From Candidatus Latescibacterota bacterium (GTDB lineage: Bacteria; Latescibacterota; UBA2968; UBA8231), in contig CBDBIJ010000144.1 in assembly GCA_965205655.1 (NCBI GenBank), forward strand, positions 1-16,882: DNA of 16,882 nucleotides, given 5' to 3'. Each line of letters starts with the position of its first letter. Positions within the stretch are counted from its first letter, which is position 1. The translations under genes and the position numbers were made by a program. This document shows, piece by piece, positions 6,978 to 13,982 of the stretch. Under the pieces are notes generated by a model. It saw only the letters and a list, made by a program, of their open reading frames with translations, was not told where the DNA came from and did not search any database.

Positions 6978-9529
6978 TCTCGCGCAATCTCCTACTGGCG
7001 GCCCTCGTCCTGCTGACCACCGCGGTCGCGGCCCAGGATTTCGGTGCACGACTCGGCGCGGCGAAGCGCGGCGGCCGCGTGAGCTACGAGCCGACCGGTC
7101 CGGGGGTGATCTTCGACGCCCTCGATCCGGCCGTGCGGAAATGGTACGTGCCGCAGGAGCTGTTCGTGGAGTACGAGTGGCGGCAGTGGGAGTACTCCAA
7201 CTACGCGCGCCAGAATTACCAGCGCTACGTCAGCACGGCGCTCGAGGGGGACTGGTTCTACGACGTGTACGGAAACTTCCTGACGCGCGGCTGGCTCATC
7301 TACGACTGGCGCCAGCAGAATCCACAACCCTTCGGCAGCACCCTGGAAAAGTCAGGGCAATTTGCTTCCTGGTTCAGTAACCTCGTTGTGGCCTCAGACC
7401 ACAAAGGGCAGTATCACTACTCCATCACCGTCGGCAACCAGATCCGCACAACGCTGACGCCGATGACGTTCTCGAAGCCGCTGTTCAACGGGGTTCAGTG
7501 GGACTTCACCTCGGACAAGTACGAGGCGACGCTGCTGCTGTCGCGGGCGAGCGCGCCCAGCTCGTTCGGCCCGGTGCCGGATAGGAGGACGAACAGCAGC
7601 AACCTCATCGGGGGACGAGTGGTGGTTCAGGTGGGTGACTTCGTGGGGTTCGGTGGCACCTTCGTCAACGCGCACCACTCTCAGTCGCAGCTGGAGGCGA
7701 TCAACGGGGACATCTTTCACGGCCAACTCACCGAAGCGATGAACTTCGCGCCCGTAACCGAAATCGTCGTCAAGATCAAGGACGAGTCGCCGGAAGACAA
7801 CGAGGGAGGTGGCGCCCTGTTCTCGAGCGACATCGTCATTCGCGACGTGCAGGGCAATGTGGTGCGGGGCAGCGAGATCGGCTTTCGGCCTGCGGTGGAC
7901 GGAGGGTTCGAGGAAAAGGGATTTCTGTCGGCGGACGGGACTGAGGAGATTCAGGTGCAGTACGATTTCAACGACGTCAGCTACATCGGCCCCAGTCCGA
8001 CGGACATCGACAAGGTCGAGGTTGAGCTTGTAGTGGCCAACGACTACCTCGTGGAGATGTCATCCAACCGCCAGCTCGACGATCGCAATCGGCAGGCGTT
8101 CGTGCAGGTAACGGGCGGGCGCGGCAATGTGAAGGACGGTTCGAACCAGCAGGTCATCGTCATCGATTACGGCATGCCGACGGCCAATCAGATCGCCGGC
8201 TTTACGCTGGAGTTGTCCGATCTCGCAGGATTCAGGGGGTATGCCGAGATGGACGTGAATCACCAGTTCCGGCAATATCCGAATCCCGGACTGAAGGAGC
8301 ACCACGTGGCGAGCACGGAGTCACGGGCCTAGTTCTTCAACCTTTCGCGCGAGAGGTATCCGTTGTTCGGACTCGCGGAGATGTTCAGCATCGACCCGCA
8401 GTACTCAACGTCCTTCGTCACATCCGATGAAGACGGGGTGCTCGACTACGGGGACAAGTTCGATATCTACGAGATGGTGGACGACAACGACGACCAGGAC
8501 CGGCGGCCGGACTGGCGCCGAAAAGGCTGGTCGCCGGGAGACGACGAGGTGTTTCCGGGGTGGGACGAGAACAACGATTTGATCTCGGACTTCAATCAGA
8601 ACGACAACGAAGACCGGCCGAATCTGATTCCCGACTACGAGGAGCCGTTCCTGCGATTCCACGCCGACCGTCCCGAATTCCTCTACGGCACGGACATGAA
8701 CCACAACGGCACAGTGGACCGGTTCGAAAACGACGAGGAGCCGGACTACCCGTACAAGCGGGATCGCGAGGGCTACAATCTGTTCGCGGGTGCCTACGCC
8801 ATCGTGGCGGCCGACATCGACCACTTCCGCTGGGGGCGGTGGCGGCTGTTCGAGGACCTGAGACGGGTGAGAGACACGATCGAGGATGACCTGCTGCAAT
8901 GGCTGCAGCCGGCGGGGTCGCGGGGGACGCTGCAGCTCGTCGAAGACCAGCTGCCGGCGCGAGACACGTGGATCAACACGACCTGGCTGGGGTGGAACCA
9001 GAAGGTGAGTGCGAAGTTGGAGCACAGTCACAAGATCAAGTGGCAGTGGTACTATCAGCTGGACGACAAGCTCGACCTCCGATTTCGGGGAATCCGCAGA
9101 GACGGCTCGTTCCTGGGGATGATCAACAAGGTAGAATACGTATGGGACCTGGGTCGCTGGACCTTCGTGCCGCGGTGGAAGAGCGAGTTTTGACGGGAGG
9201 TGCCAGTGGAGGAGTTCAAATCGAAACGACGCGAGCTGTCCGAGCTGTTCATGGGAATGGTGCGCTTTCCGCTACTGGAGAAGAGCTTCGTGGAGTGGGG
9301 AGTCGAGTACGAGCTGTTCAGACAGCTACGGGATCCGCCGCCGGCGGACAGCGAGGACGACTTCACTGGTTTGACATCGGCGGTACAGCTGCGCAACGCG
9401 TCGGCGTATCAGGGGTACGACCTGATGACGACGGTGGGGTTCGAGATCAGCCGGCGCAATCCGAAAGGGCTGAAGGCGGAGGTGACGACGCGGAGTTTCA
9501 TCACGATCTATGCGGGGGTGGAGTTGTAG
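6974..9529 (+). pseudogene. B2: paralog of B1 interrupted by two in-frame stops (TAG 8330-8332, TGA 9191-9193)
   Basis: ORFs 6908-8332, 8363-9193 and 9200-9529 share one frame and align in order with B1 (e.g. 'GNFLTRGWLIYDW' vs 'GNHLGRGWLVYNW'; 'EPFLRFHADRPEFLYGTDMN' vs 'EPFLRFRSDRPEFLFGTDMN'; 'PRWKSE'; 'AYQGY'). TTG 6974 overlaps the A2 stop and gives signal 'MISRNLLLAALVLLTTAVAA-QD'. Confidence 0.85.
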
Positions 9530-9530
9530 A

Positions 9531-11201
9531 ATGGCGATGATTTCGCATCCTGATCTTCTCTTAGCCTTGCTTTTTTGGGGATGCGGCGGTCCCGATTCAG
9601 GCGGCGGTCCCGATTCAGCCGGCGTTCTCGTGCGCGTGGGAGAGGCGGCGATCACACAGGGGCATTTCGAGAAGCTCGAGATGAATCTGCCTGATGATCT
9701 GAAGCCGCAGGGGTCCGGCGTCGAGGCGATTCGGGAGTTGCTGGGGAGTCTGGTCGATCGTGAGATCATGGTGCTGGAGGCCGAGGCGCTTGGATTCTCC
9801 GACGACCCGGGAGTGCAGAGGAGACTGACTCAAAAGCGTGTCGAGCGGTTGAAGAAGATGGTGTTGAGTCGTGCAGTCGGGGAGTCGCAGGTGCCGGACG
9901 AAGAGGTCGAGACGGCGTATCGAACGCAAGGGTGGAGTCGGAGGGTTCGGCCCGCTCACATCTTGACCAAGACGGAAGAGGAGGCGTGGGAAATCGTGCG
10001 GGCGGTGAAAGCGGGGGCTGACTTCGCAGAGCTGGCGAAGGAAAGGTCAACGGCGCCCGACGGACAGCGGGGCGGAGATGTGGGTCAGTTTTTCGGGATG
10101 GAAGCCGGCCAATCCGAGCTGGTTCGAACTGCGCTCTCACTGGCGCCCGGCGAGGTTTCCGTTCCGATCCGGTCGCGGCATGGGTACGAAGTCATTCAGA
10201 CAGTCGAGGTAGACGAGGTTGCGCTGGAGGATGTCCGGCACGCCATCGTCTCTTCGCTGAGCAAGCAGAAGTCGGCAGCCGAACATGAGACGCTCCTGCG
10301 TGAGTTGGAGGAGGAGTTCGAAGTTGCCTACGACAGCGACGGGGTGGAAGCGATGCTGGCGGCGATCCGGGACACGAGTGCAACGCCGGTGACTCAGATC
10401 GATCTGCCCCTCGTGCGCTATGGCGGAACCCGGGAGCTCACCGTGGGCGCGGCGAGTCGCTCTCTGCTGCGGAAGAGACTGCCGTTGCAGGCTCTCGGAG
10501 ACAGTGCGGCCGTTTCAACTGCTGTGCGGACCCGGCTGCTGGCAGACTCCCTGCTTGTCATGAAGGCGAGGAAGGGCGGCTGGCATGAATCGGAGGAGTT
10601 CCTGTCATATATCGAGACGGAGCGCAGAAAACTGCTGGTGAATCACCTGCGTCGCAGGGAGGTGCTCGAAAAGGTCGAAGTCTCTCAAGACGAGCTGCAG
10701 GAAGAGTACGAGAGAGATCCGGATGAACTACAGGTGCCGGTGATGGTGGGAGTGACTGTAATCACGGCGAAGGAGAGGGGCGAGGCGGAGATGCTGCTCT
10801 CGTCGATCCGGGGAGGCGCGGACATGGTGGAGCTGGCGAGGCAGCAGAGCACTCGACCGGGCGGCGCGCGCTCGGGAGATCATCTGCATATCAGCGAAGG
10901 CGAAAGTGAGAAGTGGGGGCCGCTCTACGATACGGCGTGGCGCGCAGAGGTGGGATCTCTGGTGGGGCCGGTGGAGGTGAAAGGCGGGTTTTCCATCCTC
11001 AGGATCGAGGAACGGATGGATGCCAGGGCGCGCACGCTGGACGAAATGACACCGATCCTTCGCCATCGCATCACGCAACGAAGGAACCTCGAAGCGTTTG
11101 AGGAGTTCATCGTTCGACTTCGGAGCGAGTACGACAACAGAATCCGGTGGAACGACGAGAGCATCAGCGAGCTGGCGGCCCGGCGCGCAGATCGAGAATA
11201 G
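9531..11201 (+). CDS. Peptidyl-prolyl cis-trans isomerase lipoprotein (PpiC/parvulin type, PrsA/SurA-like foldase) with two rotamase domains
   Basis: Lipobox-like 'LLLALLFWG-C'. SurA/PrsA-N-like 'LVDREIMVLEAEALG'. Parvulin motif 'AHILTKTEEEA...GADFAELAKERS...GGDVG...GEVSVPIRSRHGYEVI'. Second copy 'GADMVELARQQS...GSLVGPVEVKGGFSILRI'. GGAG lies upstream of ATG 9531 (alternative start 9537). Confidence 0.9.
   Translation: MAMISHPDLLLALLFWGCGGPDSGGGPDSAGVLVRVGEAAITQGHFEKLEMNLPDDLKPQGSGVEAIRELLGSLVDREIMVLEAEALGFSDDPGVQRRLTQKRVERLKKMVLSRAVGESQVPDEEVETAYRTQGWSRRVRPAHILTKTEEEAWEIVRAVKAGADFAELAKERSTAPDGQRGGDVGQFFGMEAGQSELVRTALSLAPGEVSVPIRSRHGYEVIQTVEVDEVALEDVRHAIVSSLSKQKSAAEHETLLRELEEEFEVAYDSDGVEAMLAAIRDTSATPVTQIDLPLVRYGGTRELTVGAASRSLLRKRLPLQALGDSAAVSTAVRTRLLADSLLVMKARKGGWHESEEFLSYIETERRKLLVNHLRRREVLEKVEVSQDELQEEYERDPDELQVPVMVGVTVITAKERGEAEMLLSSIRGGADMVELARQQSTRPGGARSGDHLHISEGESEKWGPLYDTAWRAEVGSLVGPVEVKGGFSILRIEERMDARARTLDEMTPILRHRITQRRNLEAFEEFIVRLRSEYDNRIRWNDESISELAARRADRE
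9583..9618 (+). repeat. Perfect 18-bp tandem duplication (GCGGCGGTCCCGATTCAG)x2
   Basis: Units at 9583-9600 and 9601-9618; encodes C-GGPDS-G-GGPDS directly after the lipoprotein Cys. Confidence 0.95.
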
Positions 11202-11230
11202 CCTGAGCGGGTCGGCATGTCTGTCCTCTC

Positions 11231-12604
11231 TTACACCTTCACCGTCTTCCAGGCGCCGCGTCTGAACTGGACGAACATCACAGTACCGCGAACGCACAGA
11301 TCCAGGCTCATGACCGCCCATACTCCGGTCAGCCCCCATCCGAGCCAGAGCGTTAGAAGCAGACACAGCGGTACTCGAATCAGCCAGACGCCGCCGCCAT
11401 TGACGAGCATCGGGGTGATCGTATCACCGGCGCCGCGCAGGGCGCCAGCGAACACCATCATGGCAGCCAGAAACGGCTGGACGAGGCCGATCAGACGTAG
11501 CGGGGTGGTTCCCGCCGCGATGACGTCCTCTTCGTCGGTGAAGATTCCAATCAGTTCCGGCGCAAAAACCAGGAAGACGACTCCCATGAGCGACATGAAC
11601 GCGCCGGAGATGTAGAAGGCGAGCATGGCATCGCGCTCCGACCGCCGCTCGTCTTTGGCCCCCAGACCGTGTCCGACCAGGGTGGTCGCGGCTATGGCGA
11701 ACCCCCAACCGGGCATGTAGGAGATGGACTCAGCGTGCAGGGCGACCTGGTGGGCGGCGAAGGAGACCGTGCCCAGGGCCGCGACGGTGCGCACGAAAGC
11801 GAGCATGCCGAGCCGGTGAAGAAGTTGATCCACCGATGCCGGCAGACCGATTCGCATGATGCGACGGATAATGCTCCAATCGATTCCCGATCCCCACTCC
11901 AGCCGCAATCCGGCTCGCCCGCGGAGCAGAGCGACGATGACGAGTACGCCGCCTACCGAGCGGCCGACAGCTGAGCCGATTCCCGCTCCGAGGACACCGA
12001 GCGCCGGGAAGGGTCCGACGCCGCTGACGAGGACCCAGGCGACGACCACATGGATGGAGATGACGACGATCTGGATCAGCAGTGGGGTGCGCATGTCGCC
12101 GGCGCCGCGCATGCAGGCATGTCCGATAAACATGATCGCGGAGAGGGTCAGGACTGAGCTGACAGCCCGCAGGAAATCGACTCCCTGAGTCAGTACATCA
12201 CCCGTGGCTCCCATCAGGACGAGAAGCGGCTCGGCGAAGACGACGAGGAGGACCGTCGCGATCAGACCGGCGACGAAGGCGACGACGAGACCCTGCATGA
12301 CGACGCGGTTCGCACCGCTCCAGTCTTCGGCGCCAACCATCCTGGCGATCAGAGCAGTCGCTCCCGTACTGGCGGCCGAGAACAGGATTATGACTGTCAG
12401 GGCGAGCTGCCAGCTGAGCCCAACCGCTGCCAGTGACGACGCACCCAGATGGCCGACGAGGTAGGTGGTTACGAGTCCGACCACCACATGGAGGAGGTTC
12501 TCTCCGGCCGACGGTATCGACAGCCGCAGCACTCGACGAGCCCGAACCCAGAAGCTCCCCCCAACATCTGCGGGCGGGTTTTGCACCACCTTGTCTTCAC
12601 CCAT
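11231..12604 (-). CDS. MATE family efflux transporter (NorM/DinF-like), ~457 aa
   Basis: About 12 hydrophobic segments. Motifs 'LVGHLGASSLAAVG', 'LIARMVGA', 'MRGAGDMRTP', 'GIGSA', 'IMRIGLPAS', 'LVGHGLGA', 'LRGAGDTITP'. AGGAG (12620-12616) precedes ATG 12604. Confidence 0.95.
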   Translation of the reverse strand: MGEDKVVQNPPADVGGSFWVRARRVLRLSIPSAGENLLHVVVGLVTTYLVGHLGASSLAAVGLSWQLALTVIILFSAASTGATALIARMVGAEDWSGANRVVMQGLVVAFVAGLIATVLLVVFAEPLLVLMGATGDVLTQGVDFLRAVSSVLTLSAIMFIGHACMRGAGDMRTPLLIQIVVISIHVVVAWVLVSGVGPFPALGVLGAGIGSAVGRSVGGVLVIVALLRGRAGLRLEWGSGIDWSIIRRIMRIGLPASVDQLLHRLGMLAFVRTVAALGTVSFAAHQVALHAESISYMPGWGFAIAATTLVGHGLGAKDERRSERDAMLAFYISGAFMSLMGVVFLVFAPELIGIFTDEEDVIAAGTTPLRLIGLVQPFLAAMMVFAGALRGAGDTITPMLVNGGGVWLIRVPLCLLLTLWLGWGLTGVWAVMSLDLCVRGTVMFVQFRRGAWKTVKV

Positions 12605-12762
12605 TTCGCTCACTGCTCCTAGTGTAGCGCAGGAATCGCACACCAACAAACAACATGGTTGCAGTTCGTCGTCGGGTTTGCCTGGCAATCCATATTTGAC
12701 CTGCTTATACGTTCGCTAACCGCCCGACGGCACTACCAAACGACCGTGAGGAAATCGACACT

Positions 12763-13893
12763 ATGAGCACAGCGCAGGAGCACGTTCCAGGTCAGGACGG
12801 TCCGCGAGCGTGCCGAGCGGAGGAGCGAGCGGAATTGTTGGACCTGGTCAACCTGGTATTCCGCACGTCCCGGGGAGAGCCGCCGAGCATCGAGACCGAT
12901 TACCCGCACATCTATCGGGAGTCCAATCTCGAGAACGTCCACGTGATTCGCGCCGACGGCGGTATACGGGCTTCAGTCGCCACCCTGGTCATGCCGATCG
13001 CCTGCGGTGAGGCGAGGCTGGACACGGTCGGGGTGAACTGCACGACCACGGACCCCGAGTGGCAGGGGCGCGGGTTGGGGGGGATGCTCATGCGAGACAT
13101 CGAGAGCTGCGCTCGGGGCGCCGGCAGGGACTTGGTATACCTTGCAGCTGGCGTACCCGAATGGTACCGACGCTTTGGTTTCGAGGATGGCGGGTGCCTG
13201 CTCACATACCATCTCAATCGCGGCAATGTCGGGCTGCTGCCCGATCCGAGCGGGCTGGAAATCGACAGTGGCCTCGAGCAGTACGTCGGCGACCTGCATC
13301 GCATTCACCGCGACGATCAGCTGGGAATAGTTCGAGATGAAGAAGATGCGCTGCTGATCCTCGCCAGGACTTCGCCAGAGCTGTTCGTGGCGAAGCGAGG
13401 AGGCAACGTCGAGGCGTACGTTCTCGTGCGTGAAAGCGAGAAGCTGGTGATCGAACACGGCGGTCCGCCACAGCAGGTGGCCGCGCTATTGCGGGTCGTG
13501 TTCGAGAGGGTGGATGCGCTCAACGAGGGTCGCTCCTCGACAAGGCGAGGCGCGGACGGAAAGGTCGAGCTGAGAAGCTACCTGAGCGTGGAAGCCAACC
13601 CGATGCAGGAGGGCCTGGTATCGCTGCTGGACGGGCTCGGACTTCCGGTTTCGCGGAACGCCTGGCGTATGCTGCAACTGCTGGATCCGGTATCGATACT
13701 GAAAAAACTCGGTCTTCCCGACATCGAGGTGAGCGCGCGCGGCGACGACTTCGCGCTGCGCGCAGGGCAGCGGGAGGAGTCATTCTCGAGGCGGCAGCTG
13801 GTGAAAGTGATCTTCGGACCGGAGCGCATCTCCGACATCGCCGGCGATCGTTTGCCGGTGCCGCTCTACACTCCGACGACGGACCATGTCTGA
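12763..13893 (+). CDS. GNAT N-acetyltransferase, Eis-like architecture
   Basis: Acetyl-CoA motif 'TTTDPEWQGRGLGGMLM' and 'WYRRFGFE'. 376 aa with a second degenerate GNAT-like half and a C-terminal 'QLVKVIFG' segment. GAGG upstream of ATG. Confidence 0.85.
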   Translation: MSTAQEHVPGQDGPRACRAEERAELLDLVNLVFRTSRGEPPSIETDYPHIYRESNLENVHVIRADGGIRASVATLVMPIACGEARLDTVGVNCTTTDPEWQGRGLGGMLMRDIESCARGAGRDLVYLAAGVPEWYRRFGFEDGGCLLTYHLNRGNVGLLPDPSGLEIDSGLEQYVGDLHRIHRDDQLGIVRDEEDALLILARTSPELFVAKRGGNVEAYVLVRESEKLVIEHGGPPQQVAALLRVVFERVDALNEGRSSTRRGADGKVELRSYLSVEANPMQEGLVSLLDGLGLPVSRNAWRMLQLLDPVSILKKLGLPDIEVSARGDDFALRAGQREESFSRRQLVKVIFGPERISDIAGDRLPVPLYTPTTDHV

Positions 13894-13946
13894 GGCCGGC
13901 TCCTGCAAGCTGTCGCGATCCCCCATTCTGGACCCTGGCCGGAACC

Positions 13947-13971
13947 GTCGTGCAGTCGCACACTGTACGAC
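13947..13971 (+). promoter_or_regulatory. 10-bp stem hairpin / inverted repeat abutting the RBS of the M24 gene
   Basis: GTCGTGCAGT-cgcac-ACTGTACGAC (9 Watson-Crick pairs + 1 G-U). No U-tract. AAGAGGG follows at 13972-13978. Function unknown. Confidence 0.5.
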
Positions 13972-13982
13972 AAGAGGGTAGA

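Noticed and set aside
3947..8779. DNA similarity between 3947-4096 and 8630-8779 as a mobile-element repeat or DGR template/variable repeat pair
   Set aside because: Both copies are in-frame coding paralog segments that differ largely at synonymous positions rather than specifically at adenines. There is no reverse transcriptase or transposase in the window.
6974..9529. Genome-wide stop-codon reassignment, or Sec/Pyl insertion, explaining the in-frame TAG and TGA
   Set aside because: TGA ends A1, B1, A2, GNAT, M24 and the kinase, and TAG ends B2, the PPIase and the TIM barrel, all at expected C-termini. The paralog has Ser and Arg at the stop columns, and I see no SECIS-like hairpin after 9193.
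11202..11230. Intrinsic terminator between the convergent PPIase and MATE genes
   Set aside because: No convincing stem-loop or U-tract on either strand.
12696..12725. Sigma70 promoter from TTGACC
   Set aside because: No acceptable -10 hexamer at 16-18 bp spacing.
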